DNA of 64,000 bases from contig NC_073393.1 in assembly GCF_028641065.1 (NCBI RefSeq), forward strand, positions 15,934,001 through 15,998,000. The letters run 5' to 3'. Below the pieces are notes generated by a model. The model was not told the DNA's origin. It saw only the letters and a program-made list of their open reading frames with translations, and did not search any database. The stretch's first letter is position 1. Each line of letters begins with the position of its first letter. The stretch comes from Leucoraja erinacea (taxonomy: Eukaryota). A program made the translations under genes and the position numbers. Positions 25,234 through 38,407 of the stretch are shown here, one piece after another.

Positions 25234-26184
25234 CTGGCGAAACATAAGAAACTGTGAACCATAGGAACACATATTCAGGAATAGAGAGACAAAAAAGCAG
25301 TGCATTTTAAGGTATCTATCCACCCTCCCTGCATAAAATATGCAATAAATACCAGATTCAATACTTCGTCGTCACATGTGACACATCACAGTGAAATTCT
25401 TTGCTTGCCTACCCAGGGTACGCAAATAGTCGCCCATAAAGGGCGCATACAAAGTACCCCCGCGCCAGGTCCCCAGTTGTTCTCCTCCCTCCCCCCTGCC
25501 TCACGGCGGTCTCCCCACGCCGGGTCCTCCATTGTCCATGAATTGTAAAGTAATATTGGAATGTACCGAACGAACAAATCACACACACACTGCGGCAGAT
25601 TGTAAAGAGGTTTGCTTATTAAGATAAAAGGATTTTATTTATTTTTACAACGCAGCGCCCGGTACTTTGGCCCCAAGTTCAAAATACCCCTGATCAATAA
25701 ATGAAGGTACAAAGTTCATTTATTTCATACTATCGGCTGAATTTCCCTGTTCTGCCAGCCATAAGCACAATGAAGCGCCAAGCTTCGCCCACGAAATTCA
25801 CCGCTGCTTCAATAATTTCTGCACAAAGATTTTATGACTGCCACATGGCACGCATTGTACTGTAATGACGAATTCATAGAACAGATCACATTATATGGCG
25901 GCTCTTTGCTGAGGTTTGGTTATTATGTTAAGATGTGTGTTAATTTTCATTTTACAAAACTACGCCCGGTAGTTTGACAACAGTTTACAAAGTCAGAATG
26001 CATTTTATATTCTGGATCTGATACCCTGGACCCGCCGCCACAGGTTCCAGTAAATATGAAAAGGAACTGGATTTTTGTGTTTGCACAACTATCTAACTGT
26101 ATTAGAAAATAGACACAAAAAAGCTGGAGTAACTCAGCGGGACAGGCAACATCTCTGGGGTAAAGGAATCTGATCTAGACCCTT

Positions 26185-27157
26185 GTTCGCAGACGATACA
26201 CACTCTATCTCCCCCTGAAGCCCAAAAACCAATCAAATCTGCTTAACCCCACCCGCAGCCTCGAGGATATAAAGTGCTGGATGGCCCAGAACTTCCTCCA
26301 ACCAAAGGAGAGTAAGTCTGAGGTAATCCTTCTCGGCCCCTCCGACTCAATCAAAATCATAGCAGGCAGCCTTGGAAGCCTTACCAAACTACTCAAACCT
26401 CATGTCAAAAACCTCGGCGTGATATTTGACTCAGCACTGAAATTTGACAAACAAGTCAATGCCGTGGTAAGAGCTAGCTTCTTTCAGCTTCGGACGATAG
26501 CTAAAATAAAACAATTCTTCCACTTTGATGACCTCGAATAGATCATCCACACATTCATCTCCTCCCGCCTAGATTACTGCAACTCCCTTTACACTGGCAT
26601 CAGCCAATCTTCCCTGTCCCGCCTGCAACTGGTCCAAAACGCCGCAGCGAGACTCCTGACGAGCAGCCGAAAAAGGGACCACATCACCCCGATCCTGGCC
26701 TCTCTCCATTGGCTCCCTGTGCGATTCCGTATACATTTCAAGACCCTCTTCTATGTCTACAAAGCCCTCAATGGGCTTGCCCCCTCCTACATTAAAAGTC
26801 TCCTCACCCATCACTCCGCCTCCAGGTCCCTCTGATCGGCCGACTTGGGGTTGCTGAATATCCCGCGGTCTAGGCATAAGTTTAGGGGCAACCGCGACTT
26901 TGCGGTTGCAGCTCCTAGACTGTGGAACAGCTACCCCCTTCCCATCAGAACTGCCCCTCCATCGACTCCTTTAAGTCAAGACAAAAAACTTATCTATACT
27001 CCCATGTCTTTCCTGACGTCCACTGAGCGCGGGCTATATGTATCTATTATGTAGTTTGTTTGTTTATACTATTCTTATAACAAATGTAAAGCACTTTGGC
27101 AAACGAGAGTTGTTTTTTAAATGTGCTAGATAACTAAATGTGACTTGACTTGACTTG
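26185..27157 (+). mobile_element. L2 LINE 3' portion with (GACTT)n tail, ending about 55 nt from the gene B C1 donor
   Basis: ADDT.LY.., VKNLGVIFDS, SRLDYCNS, LHWLPV motifs. Confidence 0.9.
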
Positions 27158-27212
27158 TTCGGATTGTATTTCTCGGCAGGTTGGGGTCTGCGTTAAATGC
27201 CTCCCGGCTTAC

Positions 27213-27509
27213 CTTGCTCGACAATGTAGCTGAAACTGGCAGGGGCTGTAAGAGATACGTGGGATACCAGGCAGGTGTAAACAGTTTTGCCTGGCGCAGG
27301 CTGCGTGTCGTGCAAAAAACTGGAAGCCTCATAAAGTCCATCCGCTGTTCTGTTTCTCACGGTTTCAATGCCGGTCAAAATTTCCACGTTGTTTCTTTGC
27401 CACATTACGTCTAATTCCATTGGATAAAACGCAGCCGTTTTACACACGAGTTGCGGCAAATGCGGTGCACTTCCTTCAATAGCAACGATTTTCAATGGAG
27501 TTGGGGGAG
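27213..27509 (-). CDS. Receptor gene B exon 3: C1-set Ig domain
   Basis: Acceptor ttgttccag, donor G|gtaagc, 297 nt. LVCKTAAFYP..WQRN..YTCLVSHVSL. Confidence 0.92.
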
Positions 27510-28702
27510 CTGGAACAATAAACAAAAAGCGTGAAGCTGCAAAATATATTTTATTTCAATGAACATAATTGTCGCTGAACCGTTGCTGCTGCCTCCTGTT
27601 ATCCGTGTGGTTGTTTGTTGAGTTTATAATTTTGTTATACATTATTTTACGGAGGATATCAAGGTAAGTAGTGTAATTGAAACAAAGCATGAATGGAGTG
27701 CTGCCTAGCGCGATTATTATGAAGGAATGTGACCATTGCTTGGTAAGATTCCGTGACAGTGCTTTATGTTGAATTCAAAATCACGCATTTCTTCTGAACA
27801 TTTTCTCTTTCTTATGTGCATATGGTAGTTACAGAAAATGGACTGCACTAAATGGCAGGAGTACATCGGCGACAACTGCTTTTCTCGAAAAGCACGCAAG
27901 GATGAACGGAGCAAACTCTGTTTCTCATTTCATATATTTTATTAACAAGACATTAACGACCATGGTTCCATTTGTGCTGGAGCCACTGTCAGTAATATTT
28001 AGCGAGCGGGAGAGTTAATTGTACCTTTTTTTGGCAATTAATTGCGTAATCACCTCGTTTCTGTTTAAGCATATTTATTTTCCTTCATTTGTGTAATAAC
28101 ATCTCATTGTACTATAATTATTAATTAATAAAGATATATTACATTTTACTCCCTGTGCCATATAAATGATTACCAAGCAAAGAAATAATATCGGAGAATT
28201 TCAGTTGTAGTTCTTTTTTTTTCTTTTTTCATTCCATGAACTTTCCTGGAGACAGTGAATGTGAAAACAAAATTATCCACCTCAAAACTGTGAGATCATT
28301 TTCTCCTCCGTTTTTAGTTGATGTGAAAGTTTGTCGGCGTGGGAAATTTGCAACTTTCTGGAAATTCGGAGTAACGTGCATTTGGTTGGGTATTTGAAAA
28401 GCTGGAGGTCAAAATATAAAGTGACCTGCCAATTTACAAGAGCAATAACCAGGGTAACGTCGCTATGACTTTTTAACATAACCCGGAGTAAATAAAACAA
28501 AACTATAACAGAACTCTCGCTGAACGTATATTGACCGACGGATGGAATATTTTTCAGTATTTTCCCTTTATTTCAGATTTCCATCTCGGAAGTAACTATT
28601 AAAATTATAGAGCTAGTTAAGATTAATATTTCCACCACCAGGAAGCTTTAGTAACATTGCAACAGAAGAACATACCCCACTACTCGTAACAAAGACACTT
28701 AC

Positions 28703-28999
28703 TTAACACAATTAGCTGGGAGCCAGTTCCATTGCCGATAAGTTGCAGTTGATATTTCACTCGACAGTAATACATCCCGAAGTCTGCGACACTCACATTC
28801 AGCAAAGTAAATGTACTGCTTCCCTTGTCTACTTTGAATTGTTTTCTGCTGTCCGCTTCCATAAATGTATTCTCGTCCCCTCGCCACCAAGAAACGTCAG
28901 CGGTTTCTTTTAATATCGGAAATTTGCAGAACATGGAATCACTTCTGCCCCTGGAGACCCTCAGGATTGCGGGGAATTGTTCCACTTTGCTCGAAGTTG
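28703..28999 (-). CDS. Receptor gene B exon 2: germline-joined VJ-type Ig domain
   Basis: Motifs VEQFP, MFCKF, VSWWR, DFGMYYC, IGNGTGSQLIVL; donor A|gtaagt. The acceptor homologous to A and C reads AC (29010-29009), so the next in-frame AG (29001-29000) is used here. Confidence 0.88.
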
Positions 29000-29214
29000 C
29001 TTTTGTCAGTGGCAGAAATAAGTAAATATGATGAAAACATTTGTACATACAGCACCAAGAAAAAGAGCCAATGGATACACAAATACAAAACAATTAGGAA
29101 ATAATGGTTAGTCAATTGTAGAAACGTTGTAAATTTAATTTACTGTGGCATACTAGTGTATAATATTGTCAAATATGATTTGCTTAGCGAAATCGGTACA
29201 GAAACTAAGCATAC

Positions 29215-29269
29215 CTTGACAAAGCAAAGCAAGAAGACCCATGTACCGAACCATTGCTTTCACCGGCAT
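29215..29269 (-). CDS. Receptor gene B exon 1: leader MPVKAMVRYMGLLALLCQ
   Basis: ATG at 29269, 55 nt, donor G|gtatgc. Homologous to the leaders of A and C. Confidence 0.82.
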
Positions 29270-30544
29270 ACTGCAAAATAGAAGGGTGTGCACAAGAAAT
29301 AGGTTTTCATAGAATGCCTGAAGCGTGTGACACCAACGCCGTAAATCACATGACTAAGGCATCGTGATGCATTTTGAGTATATTTATGTTTCAGCGAGTA
29401 TGATCTAGGAAATATGTTTTCTTCGATTTCCTACTCCAAAATTATTTCTCTCCCAGCCATTGTAGGTGCACCGCGTTTGGACAACACATATTGAAATCCA
29501 TTTACCTCTACCTCATTCTCAAATTGAGACTTTGTCCTACCGGAGCATAAGATGACAGAGCTGTCAACTATTCAGCCTCGTATATTTCTGTCACAGATTA
29601 TCCCACCTTGAATGCAGGAGGGTGTGATGACCTTTGAGTTAGTCCCGCTGCGAATTTCTTTCATTTCAGCCAAAAACTCCAAGCCTCAATTGCAGCATTT
29701 AAATGAGATACATTACATCAAGTGATGTTGTTGATAAGGATTTGATCATCCACTAGATGGCAATTGGGCGGCGTACCATTAAGAGTTTTTCGCTATTGAT
29801 TCGGATCGTCTAATTCTTCACACAAGGAATTTAGAAAGGGAAATCCATAGTCAACTGAATCTTTGATTGCATTCTTTTTCGCTTACAATATATAGTGCAT
29901 TCCTCTGCTACCTTTCTCCGTGGTACCATATGTGACTATAAGCAAAAATGTTATAACCTCTTTCCATTGTTAAAATTCAGGAATTAACTAGCTCCTTGCT
30001 CCCAATTATTAATCTGTTACATTCGCAGATATTTGCAACAGCAACTTTCGCGCAAAGGTATTCAAGGGCCAAATGTGCATTACAAAACCCGATTACTGAA
30101 GAGAAGGGGACCACATCAACAAACAAAAGACGATGCGAGTTTATTAAAGTAAAAGCTTGGATTGTTAGAAATAGAATCGATTATCAAAGAAAATGAGAAA
30201 TACGTCCAAGACCACAAAAGACTTCAGAGACAAAAAATAGAATTCTTTACAGTATGACTGCTAACTTAAAATTGTTGCATTCTTGGAGATTTGAGCACTT
30301 GACAACTTGTGATGCCAAATTGTAAAAGACCAGCATGAGCAAGGTGTATAGTCCATGGAGTTTGTTCCCGATCAATGCAATGTGCGACGTAACTTTTTAA
30401 AAGTTATAATTGTTCCTTTTAGTTATTGCAGGTTCACATTTTTAACACACAAAGAATAGTTATTATGGTAAGATGAATAACAAAACGTGAATCAAAAAAG
30501 GTGACATGTGTGAAGGAACATAAGATGATCAAACGTGTGTGCAA

Positions 30545-31538
30545 ACGTAAGAACTTTAAAAGAGGGGGGAGTGGGAAAGGGAGAAGAGGGGAGAAGGGGG
30601 ATACGGGGAGAAGGGGAGAAGGGGGGGGGAGAATGGGGGAGAAGGAGTGGAGACACTTTTAAGAAGCCATACAACGTTTAATAAGCCAGAGATACACAGA
30701 TGTGAAGTTCGGCGGGCATTTAACATTACCGGTGGGTTATCTTTAGTTCTGAAAATTCGTGCTTATGTTTGTTTCCCCAATGAGCCAATGAAAATGACCG
30801 GTCAGCAAAGGCGATTAACTAAGACTTCCTACGACTATCTCGACTACCTACAACTATATGGTGACCCCACTACGACTGCACCGACGACCACAGGATTATC
30901 GATTTTCTCCATGGCGACCAATTTTTGGTCGCAGCAACATTTTGTATGACAACTTGTTCTATTTGATCTTATTTGATTGTGCACGCTGGGTTGATTGCAT
31001 TCGTCGAAACAGGGTGGACCACGTGAAGGTTGCAATCTCCCACCCCAAGGAGACTCACCAGAGACCATCAGCGAATATGTGGCGACCATGTGGTGAGCAC
31101 AGAGTCTCCTGCACTCGCCAAAAAAGTCGCCTAAAGGGGCAGTCCCACTGAGGCGACCTAATCTGCGAGTTTAGAAGAGTTTGCCCTCGACTCAAACTCG
31201 CAGCATGGTCGACACGTGGTCCTAGGAGGTCTCTGGAACCATGCCTCAGTTTGGTCGAGGAAACATTTTCAGCATGTTGAAAATTTGTCTTCGCCATGGT
31301 TCCTTTGGACTCGTAGTGCAGTGGAATGGGGTCGCTGTGTAGTTATAGGCAGTCGAGGGCAGCCATAGGCAATCTCCTTGGCTGACCGGGTAATTTAATT
31401 GGCTCTTTGGCGTTTTCTGGGCCAAGGAAAACCGACCGGTAGGTTAAATGCCCGCTAAACTTTATTAAAAGTTGTCTGGCTTCGTAAAAGTGTCTCCCCC
31501 CCCCCCCCTCTCCCTTCTCTCCCCCTCTCTCCCCATCA

Positions 31539-31573
<35 letters not shown>

Positions 31574-31883
31574 CATCCGCGCTCGCTAAAGGACTTACCG
31601 TACACTGTGCCGTACACTGTGCCGTTGTCTTTTACGTTCCTGTTCATCGCGGGTGTGAATTTCAGACTGCTGCCCCCCCCCCCCCCCCCCCCCCACCCCC
31701 GCGTCCCCTGGCCCCCGCTTTTGCGATGTGTGTATGTGCGGTCGGTCGATCCAGCTCGCGGTTTCATCGCTGACGGTCAATCCAGCTCGAGGTTGTTCAG
31801 GAAAGTGCCCTCGAGCTTGAAGGGCGAAGACAGTCGCTGAAAGGTCGCGTTAGTGGGACAGACCCTTAAGTGGGACAGGCCCT
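30545..31883. mobile_element. Outer, oppositely oriented MITE of the same family, interrupted by the inner copy
   Basis: 30640-30860 is an inverted match of 31340-31500. The right TIR agtgggacaggccct (31869-31883) rejoins aaaaagtcgcctaa when the inner element is removed. No left TIR was found. Confidence 0.55.
31135..31866. mobile_element. PIF/Harbinger-type MITE with 15-bp TIRs and TAA target-site duplication
   Basis: taa|aggggcagtcccact ... agtgggacagaccct|taa; TIRs match at 13 of 15 positions. Confidence 0.75.
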
Positions 31884-31999
31884 TATGGGACAGACAGCCT
31901 TCCCACTCTCTCATCATAACTGAAAAATTAATTCCAGGAAAAAATATTGAAGTATATATTCTCATTTTATTTCTGGCCAGAGAACAGAAAGGATATTGA

Positions 32000-32805
32000 G
32001 AACATCCAAGCCAACCTTTCCCTCAATGTCAGCAAGACAAAGGAGACTGTGGTTGATTTCAGCAAGAGAAACAGTACACACCCCACTTATGCATTGATGG
32101 CACCGAAGCAGAAATGGTCGAAAGGTTCAAGTGCATTAGAATAAATATCACCAGCAATTTGTCCTGGACCAGCCACGTCGAAGCTATGGCCAGAAATGCC
32201 CACGAATGCCTCTACGTCCTGAGAAGGATTAGGGATTTCGGCATGACATCAATAACCCCCACAAACTTCGACAGAGACATTGTAAACAACTTTTTTGGGA
32301 TGTATTATAGACGGGGTTGGAAACAGCCCCATCCAAGACCACAAGAAATTGCAAGAAGTTATGGACGTAACTCAGACCATCACACAAACCAACTTCCCAT
32401 CCATTGACTCCATCTACACTCCATCTGCCGCGGCAAGGCCGTCAGGATAATCAAGGACCAGCCTCACACCGGCCATCACTCTTCTCCCCTCTCACACGAG
32501 GCAAGTCTTGCAGAAGTTTCCGACGCATATCTCCAGAATCAGGGACAATTTCCTCCCAGCTGTCATCTGGCAAATGAACGAACGGTCCTCTGATCAGCTA
32601 GAGTGCGCTCCTCATCTACCTCATCTATCTCACATAAGAACTTTGAACCATCTTTCATTGGCCTTTATCTTGCACTCAGTTTTGTACCCGTTACAATTTC
32701 TCTGTGCATTGTTGACGGCTTGATTGTATTCATGTATAGTATTTTCTTTGACAGGACAGCACGCACTGAAATGTTTTTCATTGTATTTAGGTAGACGCGA
32801 CAATA
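32000..32805 (+). mobile_element. Rex1/Babar LINE 3' portion
   Basis: NLSLNVSKTKETVVDFSK, VERFK..INITSNLSWTSH..LYVLRRIRDFGM. Confidence 0.8.
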
Positions 32806-33289
32806 ATTTGCTGAAGTAAACTGAACTAAACACACGACTTGGAATTGAAACACAGACTTTTCGGAGCAACTTTACATAAATTTGTCACGCCGAAATAAGC
32901 TATTACATAAATTGTTCAAATCGCCGTTCTGATCTGTAACGTGACAGGCGACATTTTGCTTTTCACCACAAAGTGTTTCCACGACGCCATCAGCAAGTTC
33001 GCGAGCGCAATTCTAGTCTCGGCTATTTGTGAATTTCTTATTAACTCGAGCTGCAGATACATTCGCTTAAAGGGAAAACGGAGACGTGCAGCATAAGACA
33101 ACAACATCCAGGCAGATTACTCCGTGTACTCACCAAATATATCAATTTTTGTTTTAAACATACACCTTCTAGTTTTAGACTCCCCTACCATTTGACAAAA
33201 TATTTTTGACTATCTCCCCTGTCTATGAACCTCATAATTCTAGTTTCTTCATTCCACTTCTGTCCCGGAGGCAGAATCAAATTAGCACC

Positions 33290-33660
33290 AGCTTACAAAA
33301 TTCTTAAGGGGTTGGACAGGCTAGATGCAGGAAGATTGTTCCCGATGTTGGGGAAGTCCAGAACAAGGGGTCATAGTTTAAGGATAAGGGGGAAGTCTTT
33401 TACGACCGAGATGAGAAAAACATTTTTCACACAGAGAGTGGTGAATCTGTGGAATTCTCTGCCACAGAAGGTAGTTGAGGCCAAGTTCATTGGCTATATT
33501 TCAGAGGGAGTTAGACGTGGCCCTTGTGGTTAAAGGGATCAGGGGGTATGGAGAGAAGGCAGGTACGGGATACTAAGTTGGATGATCAACCATGATCATG
33601 TTGAAAGGCGGTGCAGGTTCGAAGGGCCGAATGGCCTACTCCTGCACCTATGTTCTATTT
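33290..33660 (+). mobile_element. CR1 LINE 3' end (short truncated copy)
   Basis: Near-identical to 3771-4145. Confidence 0.88.
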
Positions 33661-35822
33661 TTATACACGGCCATGGTATAATCAAATCTAATCATGATTT
33701 TATTAGCGAATTATCTTTATTCCACCCATCATCCTCTTCAAAATCTTGATATTCAGTAGGCTAACACCTTTCTCTATTTCACAGTTCTGATCAGGGACCC
33801 CTCGTCTGAAATATTAAACGTTTTTCCCTCCAGTCTGCAGTCTGACCTGTTCATCTATCCAACCGTTTTGATTTCCTATTTTTACATCGTTTTGTCTCAG
33901 TTTCTATTTCCCATGTCTCATGAAAGGTTATAGGAGAACTATTAATTTCCCTATTCGTTTGCAAAATGTAGATTATTACAACATTCGTGATGTATAGAGT
34001 CAAGTAGAATTTATTGACATATGCAGAGGTCTGTACGGTACAGGTCCAAATTAAAGTTTGTATCCACCACATGCACATACCCATTGACTCGAACATGGGT
34101 GGCTGCAGGATGCTATACCCTAAATGGAGGAAAACCTGTGCGTGACTTTGTTTACCGTGGGGAGACTGGTGCACAGACAGATCTGGGCCAGGATCCAGTG
34201 GCACTAAACAATTTTCACAAACATATTATGGAATGAGGTTCACAAACAATTAATGTGTTAATACAGGGCCTTCGTGAAAGAACAGCTGAAGAGTGACGCT
34301 GTTTTTCTGAAGCGTTATGGGCTGATTAAAAAAATCAGGGCTTATTTTTACTTACCATCAGATACCCTCTACTTTTCAAAGTCGTTCATCTTCATGCTGG
34401 TTGCAACCGAAGAGCCCCGTGCAAGAGCCTTCCCCGTTTTTTTAATGAGCTCATTGGTGACCATCATCCAAACTTTGGAAACTTGCATTTCCCTTATACC
34501 TGTCACCAGATCTGCTGATATTGGATTTCAAAGTCAACTAGACCAAGTGGGACTCGTTGGGCCCCGTTCCCCCATCGCGATATTCCTTCACTCACCCATA
34601 GTTCCCAACTGCGCAGGCGCGGCGGATGCTTTTAAAGTTTAAAATGGCAATAACGTAAAAAATAAGATCGATGTTTAAGCATCTACTCTCCCTCTTCAGT
34701 CTCCTATTCCCCTCCTCCATTATCCACCCTCTCCCCAGTCTCCACCAACCCCCCTCTGCTTCCTCCCCTCACCCCTCCCTCCCCTCCTCATTCGTCCCCC
34801 TCCCCTCCTCCATTACCTCGCCATCCCTCTTCCTACCCCTATCCTCCTCCCTCCCACCTCATCTCCCAGCATTCCCTCTGCCTCCTCTTCACCCTCTTTT
34901 CTCTCGCCTCTTCCTCTCCCAAACTCCCTCCCTCACCTCTTCCTCCCTCTCCTTTCCCCTACCCTCAGCCACTCCCTCCCTCCATAAACTAGTAGAGTTG
35001 ATAAGGGAGAAGTAGTGGAGTGGAGTGGATAAGGGTGTAACTAGTGGAGCGGATAAGTGGAGTAACTAGTAGAGTGGATAAGGGAGAACCAGTGGATGTC
35101 TTATATCTGGGCTTTCAGAAGGCTTTATTTGCAATCAGTCACCCCATCCCAGAAACAACAGTACTTTAGAAAGAACATTTGTTTTGCTCATTTACAAGCA
35201 TGTACCATACAGTCCGTTGATCCATATCCAGCAAAATTGTGTGATAATTGCACAAAAGGTATTATTGTCTAAGGAATTTGGTGTGGAATGATATTCCATC
35301 TCAGTACTAATTTAAGGCGTCCCAAGCTATAGATACTTTCCCCCCACCCCCAATCCCTCTCGCCCAATCTTCATTGAACCTACCATTTGACCAATATTTT
35401 ACTCAGCTGCTGTAATGTTTCCTTCCTATCAAAATCTCTGTGTAGCATCTCTGTCCCTATCTTCAAATTCCCACTTTGAAATAAAATACCACTTAAAAAT
35501 TTCGCAGCAGGATCGCTATGTAAATGCAACTATATGGTATCCAAGAAGCATAACTTGAAGCGTTTGCATATGGAGAAGTTCGATACGGACCAGGAATGAA
35601 AATTAATAGTTATGCATAACATATTTCTGCTTCTACTTTGTATATTCTTATTTTTTATCTGCAATAGACAAATTCCAACAGTGAGCCTGTCTTTCATCGA
35701 AGTTGAAAATGGTCACTTGCTTTCTACCCTCTAACAATTATTACTCTAAATTCTGGACGCAACGTGAAACTTTGGGCTTGTACTCAAACAAATAGTCTAC
35801 CATCTAAACTGTATTTGGATTG

Positions 35823-35960
35823 TCAGTTACACGTCTTTTTTGAAGTATTCACATCAGCGTACACCGTGTATTTGTTGTTCTGTTTGGATGCTGATGTTTT
35901 CTTGGGGTTGTGATGTTGCACAGTTGCGTAGGTCAGCTTGTCATGTCCACCTCTTTTATT
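35823..35960 (-). CDS. Receptor gene C exon 7 (last): ITIM LTYATV and ITSM-type TVYADV
   Basis: Acceptor tactttcgcag. NKRGGHDKLTYATVQHHNPKKTSASKQNNKYTVYADVNTSKKTCN*, TGA at 35825-35823. The seven exons sum to 1047 nt (348 aa plus stop). Confidence 0.85.
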   Translation of the reverse strand, partial: NKRGGHDKLTYATVQHHNPKKTSASKQNNKYTVYADVNTSKKTCN

Positions 35961-36799
35961 CTGCGAAAGTAATTAATGATCGGTGATTAGACAATCATTC
36001 AGTGACGAATTTGAGCATACTGCTTTAAAATAATATTTTATGCAACCCATCAGTTGTTATTTTTACAATGGTATTGATTTGCAGATTTATTTTTGGCTAT
36101 ACCTTTCTGCTTGATATTGAGTTTAAACGCGAGGAGCTGTTCTTGTCCCACAAAAGAATTATTTTCTTTTTCTTTTATGTCAACTTCGACGTAATTACGT
36201 TAGGAGAATTGGTGAATGCTCAAAATTGTATCCGCAGTATTAAATATTTGGCATAATACGAAGCCCCTTTTAAAGTGTATTTGTGGGATTGGCGGGAATC
36301 CATTTTGCCTGTCGAGCCCAAGAGGTGGTTCGCAGACTGAAGCTACCGGTACCTCTCCAATAGACACCGCGGCTCACGGCTTCATCAGTGGCACCGAAAT
36401 GCAATAGAATATAAGTTGGTACTACTTCCTATAGCTCTGCGTCCCCAGTTGTTGACACGAGTCCCCTATTCGGTGGATAATTTGAACGGCCTGTTTACTC
36501 TCTTTTCCCAGGCCATTGTCTTGCATTTGTATTTAGTTTCGCCCTGATTATGAGAACTGGGTAGGTTTGTGTGTTCCTAGCTTCCCACCCTTTGTTTATT
36601 CACATACAATTTACATTTGAATTTAAACCCGAATAAGGAAAGGAAAATTATATTTATGCTCTGATGTGCAGCGGGTGATAGGTTTTATTTAAATGAAGAT
36701 TTGCTATTGTGCACATATTTTCCCTGCAGTTTGGAAAAAGCAACTACATTTGGAACAATGCTCATTCCATATCTTAATTACGCTGTCCAAGAGCATTAC

Positions 36800-36910
36800 C
36801 TGTGAATAGGCGACATGTTGTTCTTCTTGTAGACCATTTGAAAATCCTTTGCTCTCGCTTAAATTCAGCGTAGCATAGGCAGCGGCATGTTCAATTGGTG
36901 CTTGTCTCAC
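36800..36910 (-). CDS. Receptor gene C exon 6: cytoplasmic, tyrosine motifs AAYATL and VAYSQ
   Basis: Acceptor ttttctaatag, donor CAG|gtaatg, 111 nt, phase 0-0. VRQAPIEHAAAYATLNLSESKGFSNGLQEEQHVAYSQ. Confidence 0.82.
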
Positions 36911-37059
36911 CTATTAGAAAAGTACATTTAATACTGCGGGTGACCAGGCTTATATAGCTGATATGGCACTAGAACTGTAACTGGGGCTGAAAATCGATGC
37001 ACGGGGGATATAGAGGAATAGATTAACATTTCACTTGCTTTCAATGATATTACCAACTA

Positions 37060-37710
37060 TGTCATTTCAAGGAAGGGGGTGGATAATGGCGTTGGTCGAG
37101 TTTCCTGGCGATAAACATCACCAATAATTTGCACTGGTCCAACCACATTAATTCTAACGCCATGAAAGCACACCGTTGCCTCGACCTTCCCAGAGGACCA
37201 AGGAAAGTTGGACGGTCTCCAAAGTCTCTTCCCAAATTCCACAGCTGCACTGTCGAAATAATTATATGGGGATGAATCCCAAATTGGTTTAGCGACAGCT
37301 TTGCCCAGGACCTTAAGAAACGCAGGAACCTGTGATTGCAGCCCAGCCAACCACGTAAACAAGCTTCCGTCATTCTCTCCTCTTCCCTCGGCGGACAGAA
37401 TACACAATAGGTTTAAATCTCCTTGTGTAAGATTTAAAAACAGCTTTATACTCGATGTTATCAAGTTACTAAACAGGCGTCGCGCAAGCTAATGGTGCAA
37501 TCCTGATCTGTGATTTACCTCGTTCTGGTCCTTGCGTTTTTAAAATGTGCACTCTCTCTTTAGCTGTAACACAATATTTTGCATCCTGTGTCATTTCCCT
37601 TTTTGCACTTGGGTATGGTTAGATTGTACCCATACATGGTATCCATTTTCCGGATTGCACGCAAAATAAAGTTTATAATTGAATCTCGGTGTACATGACA
37701 ATAATTAACC
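37060..37710 (+). mobile_element. Rex1/Babar LINE degraded 3' fragment in a gene C intron
   Basis: FLAINITNNLHWSNHI..; 3' end gtacatgacaataatt. Confidence 0.65.
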
Positions 37711-38407
37711 AGTGCCAATACGAATATCAGTCTTTTGCAGATTTTGGAGATTTCTTCTTCTAAGCATTGCAGAGTGGAAGATGCATTTATGGGATTCCAT
37801 TTAGCAGCCAGCACAAAATAGTAATTTTGTGGCAAGCAGTTTCGATGCCACGTAGGCCATATCCGGTGAAATGGCCCTTCGTTAAGGATCGAAGCCAAAA
37901 CTGCAATTAACACGTTAAAGAACGGCTCAAGAAAGCAAATTAAATTCTCGACAAAGGTTCTTTTCATTTTTATTTTAATTACCGTGCTTTGGAATTCAAT
38001 ATAACTTTTGCCTTACGGATTGATTGTTGCACTTACTCTCCCATTGGTCAGCAACCCACAATCTCTTCGTAGTCTGATATTTGATACGTTCTCACTATCT
38101 AAAATTATATTTTAAAGTGTACTTGAACTAATACCCCCAGAACTAATAAAAGCTCATATTTTCATCCTAAACATCACTTTAGAATAAATTAGGATATGAT
38201 CTGGCATGGAATTGACAAAAGATGTTGAAGCAGATACAACAGGAATTTTCAAATTATTAGTGGAGGTATACTTGACGTAACCTGAAAAATAAATAATGGT
38301 TTCATCCTGCCCTAGAATATTCCACGATACTATAGAATAAAACTGATTTATAATATTTCTGCTACGAATAATCCCTATCTTGAAACAACAGGAGACATTT
38401 CACATAC

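Noticed and set aside
34357-34500. Exon-like segment downstream of gene C with a gtaagt donor and about 43 open codons
   Set aside because: Weak acceptor, internal stop, no paralogous counterpart, and it lies beyond gene C's stop codon.
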